This document shows, in pieces, positions 23,496-33,865 of a DNA stretch of 64,000 bases. Source of the stretch: an uncultured Coriobacteriia bacterium (GTDB lineage: Bacteria; Actinomycetota; Coriobacteriia; Anaerosomatales; PHET01); contig OW818687.1 in assembly GCA_942493275.1 (NCBI GenBank), positions 176,743 to 240,742 on the forward strand. Direction: 5' to 3'. Position numbers and translations under genes: made by a program. A model generated the notes under the pieces. It was not told where the DNA came from. It searched no databases and worked only from the letters and a program-made list of their open reading frames with translations. The stretch's first letter is position 1. Each line of letters opens with the position of its first letter.

Positions 23496-24452
23496 TCACG
23501 ACTCGGTGAACAGTCCCTTGAGAATCCTGGGCCGAGAAGCCAGGAAGGCCCACCCGATCCCGACCCCCCACCACAGGGTCGCCACGCGCACCAGCAGAGT
23601 CGCCGCCGACGCGTCCGGCGCGCTCATGCCCGTGGCGATGAGAAGCCCGGCCATCGACGCCTCGGTGAGGCCGATGCCGCCCGGAAGGAACGTGAACGCG
23701 CCGAGTATCGTCGAGACCGCGTACACAGAGACGGTGGCGAGGATGCTCAGCTCGTCGAATCCAAGGGCGCGGACGCACAGCCACATCCCCACGCCCTCGA
23801 GCCCCCACGCAATCACCGATGCAGGAACGGACCACGACAGCGTCCTCCACGAGAGCGCGGACTTGATCGTCTCCGAGATCACCGCAGCCGACGCCTGGTG
23901 GGACCGTGCCCACGCCTGCTTCTCCACCGCGCGCAACGCCACTCGATGGAACCATTCGGAGCCGGCGATCAGAACACCCACCCCTATGAGGACCGCGACG
24001 GACGAGACGACCCATTCGCCGTTGCGGATCAAAGCTGCGCCCCCGAGTGACAGAATCGCCACCGCGATCAGGTCCGCAACGCGCTCGCAAAACACCAGGG
24101 CCACGCCGGCAGCCATCGGCAGCCCGCCGACCTCCTTGGCCAGCGTGGCCTTGAGCACCTCGCCAACCCGACCGGGCGTCACCGTCATAGTCTGTCCCGA
24201 CAGCTGCAGGTACAGGCTGTCGGCGAAGCTAACCGGGTGACCAACGAGCCTCATCAGCCCACCCCACCGGATCGAGCGCACCAGAAAGCAGCCAAGGCTG
24301 AGCAGGAGCATGCCGAGAAACACGTCGAGCGGGAACTCGCGAAGAGTCGCGCCCACGGTATCGGCATCGGTGACGACGGCGAGCACGATGTAGACCGCTG
24401 CGCTCGCGATTGCCGCGACGATCAGACCCCGGATGACTCTTCTCTGGTTCAA
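23496..24452 (-). CDS. lysylphosphatidylglycerol-synthase-TM (UPF0104) flippase-like membrane protein
   Basis: RSIRW, TPGRVGEVLKA, ERVAD, LPGGIGLTEASM, LVRVATLW motifs; multiple TM helices. Confidence 0.82.
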   Translation of the reverse strand: MNQRRVIRGLIVAAIASAAVYIVLAVVTDADTVGATLREFPLDVFLGMLLLSLGCFLVRSIRWGGLMRLVGHPVSFADSLYLQLSGQTMTVTPGRVGEVLKATLAKEVGGLPMAAGVALVFCERVADLIAVAILSLGGAALIRNGEWVVSSVAVLIGVGVLIAGSEWFHRVALRAVEKQAWARSHQASAAVISETIKSALSWRTLSWSVPASVIAWGLEGVGMWLCVRALGFDELSILATVSVYAVSTILGAFTFLPGGIGLTEASMAGLLIATGMSAPDASAATLLVRVATLWWGVGIGWAFLASRPRILKGLFTES

Positions 24453-24528
24453 TCTACGCCCATCTGGTCTACTCTTAACGTGCCTGACGGGTATTCAGGC
24501 ACACTGGACATCAACCTCAGAGGGGATT

Positions 24529-25416
24529 ATGGCACGCACCCGCGCTAGCGACGTCATAGAACTCATGCGTCCGCGACAGTGGACCAAGAACCTGGCGGTC
24601 TTTGCCGCCGTGCTGTTCTCGGGCAGTCTGGGTGACGTGGGTATGCTCGTGACGGTGGCGGCTGCGTTCGCCGCACTGTGCCTGGTCTCGAGCGGACTTT
24701 ACGCGCTCAACGACTCGATCGACGCCGAGCGCGACAAACTGCACCCCATCAAGAAGAACCGGCCCGTCGCGAGCGGTCGCGTGAGCCGTCAGGGTGCTTT
24801 GGCGATCGGCACCGCGTTGATCATCACCGGCACCGCCCTGTCTGCAGCGCTCGGCGCGCCGTTCCTCGCGTGCGTTGCCGGGTACCTCACCATCCAGGCG
24901 CTGTACTCCGTGTGGCTCAAGAACATCTCCGTAGTCGACATGCTGGTGATCGCTACCGGCTTCGTGATTCGAGCCGTGTCCGGCGCGCTTGTCATCGACG
25001 TGGCCGTCTCGCCGTGGCTGGTGCTCTGCACGGGGCTTCTGGCCCTGTTCCTTGCTTCCGCGAAGCGGAGGCACGAGCTGGTACTGCTGCGCGAGGGGTC
25101 ATCCGGTCACAGGCCCGTCCTCGATACCTACTCGGCCGAGCTGCTCGACAGCTTCATGGTCACCCTGTCGGCGGCCACGGTCACGTCGTACTCGCTCTAC
25201 ACGTTCTTCGAGCAGGGCGCGCCCGGCTACACGATGATGCTCACGATCCCGTTCGTGATCTACGGCATCCTGCGCTATCAGTCTCTCGTGCTGCGTGATG
25301 CGCGCGGCGGGCGTCCCGAGGAAGTGCTTCTGGGAGACCGTCCGATCATGCTCGACATCGCGCTATGGGCAGCCTCGGCCGTGGTCATACTCTACGTCCT
25401 CCCCCGGTTCATCTAG
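24529..25416 (+). CDS. UbiA-family polyprenyl-phosphate phosphoribosyltransferase (DPPR-synthase-like)
   Basis: MRPRQWTKN, YALNDSIDAERDKLHPIKKNRPVASG, LASAKRRHE; start at 24529. Confidence 0.88.
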   Translation: MARTRASDVIELMRPRQWTKNLAVFAAVLFSGSLGDVGMLVTVAAAFAALCLVSSGLYALNDSIDAERDKLHPIKKNRPVASGRVSRQGALAIGTALIITGTALSAALGAPFLACVAGYLTIQALYSVWLKNISVVDMLVIATGFVIRAVSGALVIDVAVSPWLVLCTGLLALFLASAKRRHELVLLREGSSGHRPVLDTYSAELLDSFMVTLSAATVTSYSLYTFFEQGAPGYTMMLTIPFVIYGILRYQSLVLRDARGGRPEEVLLGDRPIMLDIALWAASAVVILYVLPRFI

Positions 25417-25438
25417 CAACCCGTCTCAAGGAGCCATC

Positions 25439-26611
25439 ATGTCCCGTTCCAAGGTCGCCATCGTCCGTGCCGACGCGTCTCGTGCGCTCGAAGACGTGAG
25501 CCGCGTGATGGATCTGGGGGGCTACCGAGAAGCGCTCGACCCCTCGGCCACGACGATTCTCAAAGACAACATCTCGTGGCACATGCCGTACCTCTCGGCG
25601 AACACGACACCGTGGCAACTCGAAGGAGTCATCCGGGAGCTGAGAAGCGGCGGTTTCCGCGACGTGGTCTCGGTGCACAACAACACCGTGGTCACCGACC
25701 CCTTCAAGGGCGAGCGCCTCAACAAGCTGTCCCCGCTCTACGAGGGCTACTGCGTCGACGAACTTTTCAACTTCGACCCCAAGCACATGGGGTGGCAGCA
25801 CTACACCCCCAAAGCCGAGATGCTCGCACTCGACAAGGTCTTCCCCGACGGCATCCACATCCCCGACTACTTCCCGGGGAAGAACGTGGTTCACCTGCCC
25901 ACCGTGAAGTGCCACATCTACACCACCACGACCGGTTCTATGAAGAACGCCTTCGGCGGCCTGCTCAACACGCGTCGCCACTACACGCACACGTGGATTC
26001 ACGAGACGCTCGTCGACCTGCTCGCAATCCAGCAGGAGATCCATCCGGGCATCTTCGCGGTCATGGACGGCACGATCGCAGGCAACGGCCCCGGCCCGCG
26101 CACGATGGAGCCTATCGAGAAGAACGTCATGCTCGCGAGCTCGGACCAGGTCGCGATCGACGCGGTGGCTGCCAAGCTGATGGGCTTCGACCCGATGTCG
26201 ATCAAGTACATCCGTCTGGCGCATGAGCGCGGCCTCGGCTGCGGCGACGTACGCGACATCGAGATCGTGGGTGACACCGAGATCGCCGAGGAGAACTGGC
26301 ACTTTCACGTCGGTCACAACACGGCGTCCCGGGTGGGACACGGACTGTGGTTCGGACCGCTGGGAGCGCTCCAGAAGCTGTTCTTCCACACGCCGCTCGT
26401 CTACATGTTCATCATGGGATCGTTCGTCTACCACGACTACGTCTGGTGGCCGATGAAGGGGCGCGGGATCCAGAAGACGGTCCGAGAAGAGACCGCGTGG
26501 GGCCGCCTCTTCGACACGTACAGCATCGCGCCTGACGCGCACGACTTCACGCCCGAGGCGTGCGACCGCCGCTCACTGCCCGACGACGCGCCCCGCTTTG
26601 CTGCCGATTAG
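25439..26611 (+). CDS. DUF362 family (putative Fe-S) protein
   Basis: LKDNISWH, LPTVKCH...TGSMKNAFG, VMDG, DQVAIDAVAAKLMG; start after AAGGAG. Confidence 0.8.
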   Translation: MSRSKVAIVRADASRALEDVSRVMDLGGYREALDPSATTILKDNISWHMPYLSANTTPWQLEGVIRELRSGGFRDVVSVHNNTVVTDPFKGERLNKLSPLYEGYCVDELFNFDPKHMGWQHYTPKAEMLALDKVFPDGIHIPDYFPGKNVVHLPTVKCHIYTTTTGSMKNAFGGLLNTRRHYTHTWIHETLVDLLAIQQEIHPGIFAVMDGTIAGNGPGPRTMEPIEKNVMLASSDQVAIDAVAAKLMGFDPMSIKYIRLAHERGLGCGDVRDIEIVGDTEIAEENWHFHVGHNTASRVGHGLWFGPLGALQKLFFHTPLVYMFIMGSFVYHDYVWWPMKGRGIQKTVREETAWGRLFDTYSIAPDAHDFTPEACDRRSLPDDAPRFAAD

Positions 26612-26626
26612 GCGGCGAAACGCAGG

Positions 26627-28282
26627 CTAACGAGCGACGACCTCGGGCAGGACGGTCTGAGGAAGCGATCCCGCAATGTATGACTCCAGCGCGCTGGCGA
26701 GTTCAGCGGGATCGGTAGGCGGAATCGCGTAGAAGACCACCGTATCTTTGGCTGCGACCAGGTTCGCCGCGATGCGCCACGAGCCTACCTCCACCCAATC
26801 CTCGGGCGTGTCGAAGTAGCCCGGGAAGACAACGGCGATCTGCGCTTCATTCTCCTTCGCAAGCGCGGCGATTTCCTTGGCATCCAGGTTGTAGCGCCCC
26901 AGACGCTCGAGAGGCTGACCGTTCTCTGCAAGACCCTCGAGATCGAGAATACGCAGATCATCGTTGTAGAACGAGATTGCACCCAGGTCTCCGATAGCCA
27001 CCGAGTCGAACTGGGTGTTCGCCTTGAGGAACTGGGCCATCTGATACTGCTGCTCGTACACGTTCTTCATGGCGTACGGCACGCTCGTCATTGCGACCCA
27101 GCCTCGCCACCCGCCTGCAATCAGAGTGATCGCACACAACGCGACCGCAACGGTCAGCGCTGCGTCACGCCGCCCGTCCACGACGGTCCGGATCGGCGCG
27201 ATGGCGGCGAACTGGATCACCGCACTCATCCCGAGCAACACCATCATGTAGTTCTCGTATCGGTAGAACCACCCGACGTCGCCAAAGACCAGATGCACCA
27301 CGGTAACCGCCAGTGAAGCCCAGGCGAAGATGTTTGCAGGCTCCCACAATGAAGCGCCCCGAGTGCGTCCTATGTAGAGAAACAGCCCCACCAGCGCCGC
27401 GAGGAACAGAAGGGGGTAGACGGTCGGCACGACAACCTGAGCGAAACGCTCACCGTACCCGACGGGGTCTGTGATGAGCGCTGTGACCCCGGACGATGGA
27501 GCGGTGCCCTTCACGAGAACGGGGTTAGGCAGGAAGAACCCGCCTTGCGACCGCGAGTAGAGTCCCCAGGCGATCACAGGCAGTACTCCCGCCGCCGCGA
27601 GGGCCGCCGCATGCCGGAATCGTCTCCTCAACACGAAGAGCGCGGCGACGACTCCGACGAGCAAGAGCCCCTCGTAGCGAATCGCAGACACGGCGAAGGC
27701 AAGGCCCACCAAGACCCAGGCAGAGCGATCCCAGGCCGCGTCGTCAGATGCCAGCGCGAATGAAGCGGCGGTCAGGAACGCGACGTCGGCCAGCAGCTGC
27801 GCCGGGTGCTCCATGCCCCCGAACACGATGGGAGCGAGCGGCGCGGCGAGCACGATCCAGAGGAGGCCCACGAAACGCGGCAACGGGGGAACCCGAAAAC
27901 GCACAAGCGCCTCATCTGCCACGAAGAGCAGCGATACCGAGATGACCAGCGTGAACACGATGGGCAGATGCGCCTGCACACCCATCACCTTGAATCCCAC
28001 CGCGAGCAGCAAGGTCCATAGCGGTGAGGATGAGGCCGACGTGAATTCGAATGGGGTCGCGCCGAAGACCCCGTGCACCGCCAGGTTCTTCGCCAGCGCC
28101 ATGTGGATGTAGGCGTCATCAAGGGCGTAGGTGAAGGTCCCACCGGTCAGGTAGGTGCCCCCGGCCCACATCGCGGCCATGACCAACAGAAACGCGCCGA
28201 CCGCCGCCAAGAAGGGCCACAATGCCTCCTTGGGCTGGGCCTGCTTCACCGGCTTACTCGGCGTCTTCTTCGACTTGCCCAT
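26627..28282 (-). CDS. GT-C fold integral membrane glycosyltransferase using a polyprenyl-phosphate-sugar donor (AftB/PMT-like)
   Basis: One N-terminal TM, then DDAYIH...TSASSSPLW loop; RYEG motif; about 12 TM helices; C-terminal extracellular domain. Confidence 0.65.
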   Translation of the reverse strand: MGKSKKTPSKPVKQAQPKEALWPFLAAVGAFLLVMAAMWAGGTYLTGGTFTYALDDAYIHMALAKNLAVHGVFGATPFEFTSASSSPLWTLLLAVGFKVMGVQAHLPIVFTLVISVSLLFVADEALVRFRVPPLPRFVGLLWIVLAAPLAPIVFGGMEHPAQLLADVAFLTAASFALASDDAAWDRSAWVLVGLAFAVSAIRYEGLLLVGVVAALFVLRRRFRHAAALAAAGVLPVIAWGLYSRSQGGFFLPNPVLVKGTAPSSGVTALITDPVGYGERFAQVVVPTVYPLLFLAALVGLFLYIGRTRGASLWEPANIFAWASLAVTVVHLVFGDVGWFYRYENYMMVLLGMSAVIQFAAIAPIRTVVDGRRDAALTVAVALCAITLIAGGWRGWVAMTSVPYAMKNVYEQQYQMAQFLKANTQFDSVAIGDLGAISFYNDDLRILDLEGLAENGQPLERLGRYNLDAKEIAALAKENEAQIAVVFPGYFDTPEDWVEVGSWRIAANLVAAKDTVVFYAIPPTDPAELASALESYIAGSLPQTVLPEVVAR

Positions 28283-29388
28283 CAGCGACTCCCCTGCTCA
28301 ACAGCACTCTCGATGATCTCGGCGCGCTGCCTCGCCCGCGCCCGCCAGGAGTACCGCTCGACCGCGGCTTCCCTGCCGCGCCGCCCCATGGCTGCGGCAC
28401 CCTCGGGGTCGGATAGCACCCGCTTCGTCGCCTCCACCACGGCTGCGGCATCTCCCGGAGGAACCAGAATCCCACACCGCTCGGCGTTCACGACCTCGGA
28501 GATGCCGATGGTGTCTGACGCTATCACCGGGACCCCGCACGCCATCGACTCGTAGAGCTTGAGCGGCGAAAACTTCGCTTCTCGCTCGGGCATTACCATC
28601 GGGACGTACGAGACCACCGCGGCCGCGACCACCTGCGCCACCTCAAGATACGGCAGCCGCCCGAGGAAGTGAACGCGCTCGGGCATATCCCGAACCGCTT
28701 CTTCGACCGCCGGACGCATCGCGCCGTCGCCGACGAAGACCAGGGCCAGATCACTCGGCCAATCAGGTCGTCGGACAGCCTCAAGCAGGGTCCCGATTCC
28801 CTGCCACGCAGGGAACTGGCCAAAGAACACGGCGAACCGACTGGGAAGCCCTGCGCGGGGCATGGCATCCGGAGTGAACGCATCGACGTTCGCACCGTTG
28901 CCGTTGGTGATGACGCGGTCGTGACGCGCCTCAGCTTTGAGCCATTCCGTAAGCCCATCGGCCACTGATATGACGACCGAAGCGTCGCGGTACTGGGACC
29001 GCTGCACGTGCTCGAACCACGGACGGCCGAGTCGCGTGACCGGCCAGGCGATGAACAGGTCCTCGTAGGGGCCGTTGCACTCCTGGACGACCGGGATCCC
29101 GGCGTCTCGTGCAGCTCGCGCAACGGTTCTCGCCAGAGGATGCGAGCGGATGTAGACCGCGTCGTACTCAGTGAGCCGGGCGATCAGACGGCGCTGCACT
29201 CTGGCCATCTCGGACAGGCGCGCCAGTCCCCCGGGCGCCTCGCCGGGCGGGTAGTCGGGGAAGTACCGGTCCACGACCCATCCCTCGGACTCGAACCCCC
29301 CGATTATCTCGGTGACCGCCGCCCAGGTGTCCTGACCGTCGACGACAGCCTGCAGGCTCAGGTATGCGATCTTGAGGTTACGGTGCAT
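28282..29388 (-). CDS. GT4 family glycosyltransferase
   Basis: FSPLKLYESMACGVPVIASD GT-B motif; start set at MHRNLK. Confidence 0.88.
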   Translation of the reverse strand: MHRNLKIAYLSLQAVVDGQDTWAAVTEIIGGFESEGWVVDRYFPDYPPGEAPGGLARLSEMARVQRRLIARLTEYDAVYIRSHPLARTVARAARDAGIPVVQECNGPYEDLFIAWPVTRLGRPWFEHVQRSQYRDASVVISVADGLTEWLKAEARHDRVITNGNGANVDAFTPDAMPRAGLPSRFAVFFGQFPAWQGIGTLLEAVRRPDWPSDLALVFVGDGAMRPAVEEAVRDMPERVHFLGRLPYLEVAQVVAAAVVSYVPMVMPEREAKFSPLKLYESMACGVPVIASDTIGISEVVNAERCGILVPPGDAAAVVEATKRVLSDPEGAAAMGRRGREAAVERYSWRARARQRAEIIESAVEQGSR

Positions 29389-29522
29389 CTGACCGAGTGT
29401 CCGATCCGAGACGGCTGCTTCCAAGCGATATGCTACACGAGCGAAGAGTCCGAATCGCACCTTCCGCGCGGATGCTTGGCATACTGTTGTGAGCAGATCT
29501 CGGCACCACGCCGAACGGAGGT

Positions 29523-30284
29523 ATGACAACGATGCCATCGACGCCGCGCGCGGCCCTGAGCAAGACGGCACAAGCGGCCCGCGCCGCCCTCGCCAAGGCA
29601 CTTCCCAAGAAGGTGTCCCCGCCGCTCGGGAGCGTCGACCTCGGCGACCTCCGACGCACCACGCCCATCAGCCGGGTCTTTGGACTCGATCGCGGCACTC
29701 CCGTCGACCGCTACTACATCGAGGCGTTCCTCGCCCGCCACGCGGACGCGATTCACGGCAGGGTGCTCGAAATCGGCGATAGAACCTACACCGAGCAGTT
29801 CGGAGGAGACGCTGTCGAACACAGCGACGTGCTGCACGTGACCGGAGACTCGCCCGAGGCGACGATCATCGCCGACCTCACCGATGCTCCGCAGATCCCC
29901 TCGGACACATTCGACTGCATCATCCTGACGCAGACGCTCCAGTTCACCTATCGGATGGAGTCGACCGTCTCGGAACTCCATCGCATCCTGAAGCCCGGTG
30001 GCTGCGTCCTGTGCACGGTGCCGGGAATCAGCCAGATCAGCCGATACGACATGGACCGGTGGGGCGACTACTGGCGACTGACCTCGCTGGCCGGGCGCGA
30101 GCTGTTCGAGACGGCTTTCGAGCCCGCGCGAATCGAAGTCGCGACGTACGGCAACGTGCTCACGAGCATCGCGTTCCTGCACGGGCTGGCCGTGAGCGAG
30201 CTGACCACCGAGGAACTCGACGTCTGCGACGACGACTTCCAGCTGATCGTCGCCGTGAAGGCCACGAAGGCTGTCACGGCGTGA
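29523..30284 (+). CDS. class I SAM-dependent methyltransferase
   Basis: GRVLEIGD, FDCIILTQTLQF, LKPGGCVL. Confidence 0.82.
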   Translation: MTTMPSTPRAALSKTAQAARAALAKALPKKVSPPLGSVDLGDLRRTTPISRVFGLDRGTPVDRYYIEAFLARHADAIHGRVLEIGDRTYTEQFGGDAVEHSDVLHVTGDSPEATIIADLTDAPQIPSDTFDCIILTQTLQFTYRMESTVSELHRILKPGGCVLCTVPGISQISRYDMDRWGDYWRLTSLAGRELFETAFEPARIEVATYGNVLTSIAFLHGLAVSELTTEELDVCDDDFQLIVAVKATKAVTA

Positions 30285-31306
30285 CCGGCGCCCGCTCACA
30301 CCTGCGACGCGCGGTCTACCGCCTGGGCCCGACCGCCCTGGTTCTGATCTACCACCGCGTCGCACAGCTGGGCAGCGATCCGCAACTGCTGGCCGTCACC
30401 CCGTCGAACTTCGACCGCCAGATGGCGCTTCTCGCACGTGACTATCACCCTCAGCCGCTCGGCGCCCTCATCGGCGATCTGCGGGGTCGACGCGTGAAGA
30501 ACCGGGCCGTCGCGGTCACCTTCGACGACGGATACGCGGACAACCTCGTCGAGGCGCTCCCGATCCTCGCCACGCACGGCGTCCCGGCCACAGTGTTCGT
30601 GAGCAGCGGATACCTGGGCGGCGAGCGCGAGTTCTGGTGGGACGACCTCGAGCGAATCGTGCTGTCGCCCACCCCTCTGCCCGAGACGATCGAGCTGAAT
30701 TCAGGCTCGGGCGCGTTTCGCTTCGAACTCGGTTCCGAGGGCCCCCGGCCAGAGGCGAACGACCGTGAGCCATGGGACGTCACCAAGCCTCCGATCACGC
30801 AGCGCCAGCGCCTGTACTTCGAACTCGCGGCGTACGTGCGGCCCTGCGCGGCTCACGACCGGGAGGCGATACTCGAGCAACTGCGGCCCGCTTCAGTGCC
30901 GCAAGCGGCGCGTCGGTCCCATCGCCAGCTCGATTCCGCTGAAGTCACGGAGCTCGCGTCGCACGCGCTCATGACCGTAGGCGGCCATACGTCGACCCAC
31001 CAGGTCCTCTCCGCGCGAGCCGGGACCGAGCAGGCACGCGAGATTCAAGACGACCGGCAGGCGCTCACCGAGATGTGCCCCCGACCGGTCTCGCTGTTCT
31101 CGTACCCGTACGGCGCGCTCAGCGACTACACGGATGAGTCAGTGGAGCTGGTGCGGCAGGCGGGCTACGCGGGAGCATGCTCCAACCATCCGGGCGTTGT
31201 GAAGCCGTGGACCGATCCGTATCGCGTCCCGCGACAGCTCGTACGGGACTGGGACGCTTCCGAGTTCGGGTCCCAGCTCGAGGGGTGGTTCCATGACCCC
31301 GCGTAG
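30281..31306 (+). CDS. polysaccharide deacetylase (NodB/CE4)
   Basis: LIYHRV, VTFDDGYADN, GGHTSTHQVL, FSYPYG; GTGA overlap with the upstream gene. Confidence 0.88.
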   Translation: MTGARSHLRRAVYRLGPTALVLIYHRVAQLGSDPQLLAVTPSNFDRQMALLARDYHPQPLGALIGDLRGRRVKNRAVAVTFDDGYADNLVEALPILATHGVPATVFVSSGYLGGEREFWWDDLERIVLSPTPLPETIELNSGSGAFRFELGSEGPRPEANDREPWDVTKPPITQRQRLYFELAAYVRPCAAHDREAILEQLRPASVPQAARRSHRQLDSAEVTELASHALMTVGGHTSTHQVLSARAGTEQAREIQDDRQALTEMCPRPVSLFSYPYGALSDYTDESVELVRQAGYAGACSNHPGVVKPWTDPYRVPRQLVRDWDASEFGSQLEGWFHDPA

Positions 31307-32540
31307 CGCAGGCCTGGGCCAACGCATTCACGCGGCCGCGCCCTGGCTCTTCTCGGCACTCGACGCGGGCCGGCGGGCGGGGGTTGGCTCGGTAGCCGCG
31401 ATCCAGTCGGTCGCTTTCGGACTACGGCAGCATCGTCGCGCGAGTGGTGAGCCCCCGCTCGTTGTCCTCGACGGCTGCGCGTTTCAGCTCCCTCACAGCG
31501 GCATCGCGCGGCTGTGGGATGCCATCATGGCCGAGTGGACGGCGTCCGGGTTCGCACGCCAGGTGCTCGTTCTGGATCGCGCGGGCACCGCACCGCGTCA
31601 CGAAGGCTTCGGATACCTCCGCGTGCCGGAGCTTCGCGTGCATGACTGGTCGGCGCAGGCATGGATGCTCGGCCGGATCTGTCGTCAGAGCGGGGCACGC
31701 GCCTTCATCTCGACGAACTACACGCGTGCGAGCGGCTGCCGCTCGGCGCTGTACCTCTACGACATGACTCCCGAGGTGCTGGGCTGGGACCTCAATCGTC
31801 CCGAGTGGCGGGAGAAGCGTCACGCCATCGAGTCCGCCGATGCGCTGATCTGCCTGTCGCAGAGCACCGCTGACGATCTTGAGACGACGTTTCCCGCGCA
31901 GGCGACGACTCGCCCGGTGTCCATCGCACTGCCCGGACTCGACTCGTCATTCGAGCCTGCCGATGCCGAGGAGGTCGCGCGTCTCGTCGATCGTCTCGGC
32001 CTCCCGCAGACCTACTACGTCTTCATCGGCCACAGGGAGGGCTACAAGAACGCCGACCTCGTCTTTCGTGCAATCGAGGGCATGCAGGCCGATTCACCAT
32101 TCGGTCTCCTGCTACTCGGTGGGCAACCATCACTTGAACCGGGCTTCGCGCGGCTGGCCGGCGACGTTCCCGTCACCATCGCCCGCCTGCCCGACGACGA
32201 GCTACGGGCAGCGTATTCCGGGGCGGCGGCGCTGCTCTACGTCTCGCGCTACGAGGGGTTCGGACTCCCGATCATCGAGGCGATGGCCTGCGGCTGTCCG
32301 GTGATCACGTGCCGGAACTCGTCGCTTCCCGAAGCCGCCGGCGATGCGGCGCTGTTCGTCGACGAGTCCGACGCGTCGCAGCTCCGCGACGCGATGCGCC
32401 GCGTACGCGAACCGGCGATACGCGTGGACCTGCTCGAACGCGGGCTCGAGTGGAGCGCAGGCTTCGACTGGGCCAAGACCGCCGAGCAGATCGAGCGCGT
32501 GCTCGAGGCCGTGTCCGCACGCCCGGAGGGACCCCAGTGA
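31293..32540 (+). CDS. GT4 family glycosyltransferase
   Basis: GHREGYKNA, SRYEGFGLPIIEAMACGCPVI. Confidence 0.88.
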   Translation: MTPRSAGLGQRIHAAAPWLFSALDAGRRAGVGSVAAIQSVAFGLRQHRRASGEPPLVVLDGCAFQLPHSGIARLWDAIMAEWTASGFARQVLVLDRAGTAPRHEGFGYLRVPELRVHDWSAQAWMLGRICRQSGARAFISTNYTRASGCRSALYLYDMTPEVLGWDLNRPEWREKRHAIESADALICLSQSTADDLETTFPAQATTRPVSIALPGLDSSFEPADAEEVARLVDRLGLPQTYYVFIGHREGYKNADLVFRAIEGMQADSPFGLLLLGGQPSLEPGFARLAGDVPVTIARLPDDELRAAYSGAAALLYVSRYEGFGLPIIEAMACGCPVITCRNSSLPEAAGDAALFVDESDASQLRDAMRRVREPAIRVDLLERGLEWSAGFDWAKTAEQIERVLEAVSARPEGPQ

Positions 32541-33865
32541 GCGCGGAACCGCTCCACATCGCCCAAGTCAACACGAGCGACAGAGGCGGCGGCGCCGAGC
32601 GGGTCGCCTCCGACCTGCATGCGGAGTACCTGAGGCGCGGGCACGACGCGTGGATGCTCGTCGGAGATCGCCGTGGTGACGATTCACGCGTGCTCGAAAT
32701 CGATAGCGACGCGCGTCGTTCACGGTGGCAGCGGTCACTTCGCGCTACATCACAGCGGCTGGACCGAGATGCGCGCGGCCCGCTGAAACGGCTCGCGTCG
32801 CGTGCGGCGCTCGTCGCGGCGGGGCCGCGCCACGCACTCGACGTCTACCGCGGCGTCGAGGACTTCGATTACCCGGGGACGGCTCAGATAGCCCAGGCTC
32901 TTTCCCACCGGCCCGACGTCTGGCAGTTCCACAACCTGCACGGCTACTACTTCGACATCCGGGCACTGCCGGCACTGACGAGCGAAACGCCCGGAGTGCT
33001 GACCATGCACGACGCATGGGCACTCACGGGCCACTGCGCGCACCCGTTCGAGTGCGAACGCTGGCTCACGGGCTGCGGCGACTGCCCCGACCTCGGGATG
33101 TACGTCCCGATCCGTGCGGACGCGAGCGCGACCTCGTACAGCATCAAGCACGACTCGCTTTCTCGGTCGCGCCTGGTCTTTTGCACGCCGTCGCGCTGGC
33201 TCATGTCGATGGTCGAGCGCTCCGGGCTCCTCGAGCACGCACTGGGAGCCCACGTGGTTCCCAACGGCGTCCGCCACGATATCTTCAAGCCCGGCGATCG
33301 ACTGCAGGCGCGGCGCCGGCTCGGTCTACCCCCGGATGCGAAACTCGTGCTCTTCGCCGCCAATGCGCTCCAGGCCAACCCGTTCAAGGACTACGCGACC
33401 CTCGAGCGTGCCCTCAGCGCGCTCGCGGACGCGGGGCAGTCGGCTCCCACCCTGATCGCGCTCGGTGTTACCGAGACGGTCGAGGCGATCCCCAACGTCA
33501 TCGCCGTGCCCTACGTGAGTGATCCGGCCGAGGTGGCCGACTACTACCGCGCCGCGGACGTCTACGTCCACGCATCGCTGGCGGAGAACCATCCGCTTGC
33601 GGTCATCGAGGCGATGGCGTGCGGTACGCCCGTCGTGGCGAGCGACGTGGGAGGCGTGTCCGAGATAGCCGAGCACGGCGTATCGGGGCTGCTGGTACCA
33701 CCGGGCGATGCGGACGCGCTCACGCGCGCGATCGGCTCGCTCCTCGGCGACGCCGACCTCCGGGACCGCTTCTCACGCGCCGGGCTGTTGGTCGCGCGGG
33801 AGCTGACGGTGGAGCGCCAGGCCGACGCCTATCTCGGCATTTTCAGTGAGATTGCGGCGCGCTAG
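32537..33865 (+). CDS. GT4 family glycosyltransferase (WcaC-like)
   Basis: NTSDRGGGAERV, HNLHGYY, TMHDAWALTGHCAH, ENHPLAVIEAMACGTPVV. Confidence 0.88.
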   Translation: MSAEPLHIAQVNTSDRGGGAERVASDLHAEYLRRGHDAWMLVGDRRGDDSRVLEIDSDARRSRWQRSLRATSQRLDRDARGPLKRLASRAALVAAGPRHALDVYRGVEDFDYPGTAQIAQALSHRPDVWQFHNLHGYYFDIRALPALTSETPGVLTMHDAWALTGHCAHPFECERWLTGCGDCPDLGMYVPIRADASATSYSIKHDSLSRSRLVFCTPSRWLMSMVERSGLLEHALGAHVVPNGVRHDIFKPGDRLQARRRLGLPPDAKLVLFAANALQANPFKDYATLERALSALADAGQSAPTLIALGVTETVEAIPNVIAVPYVSDPAEVADYYRAADVYVHASLAENHPLAVIEAMACGTPVVASDVGGVSEIAEHGVSGLLVPPGDADALTRAIGSLLGDADLRDRFSRAGLLVARELTVERQADAYLGIFSEIAAR

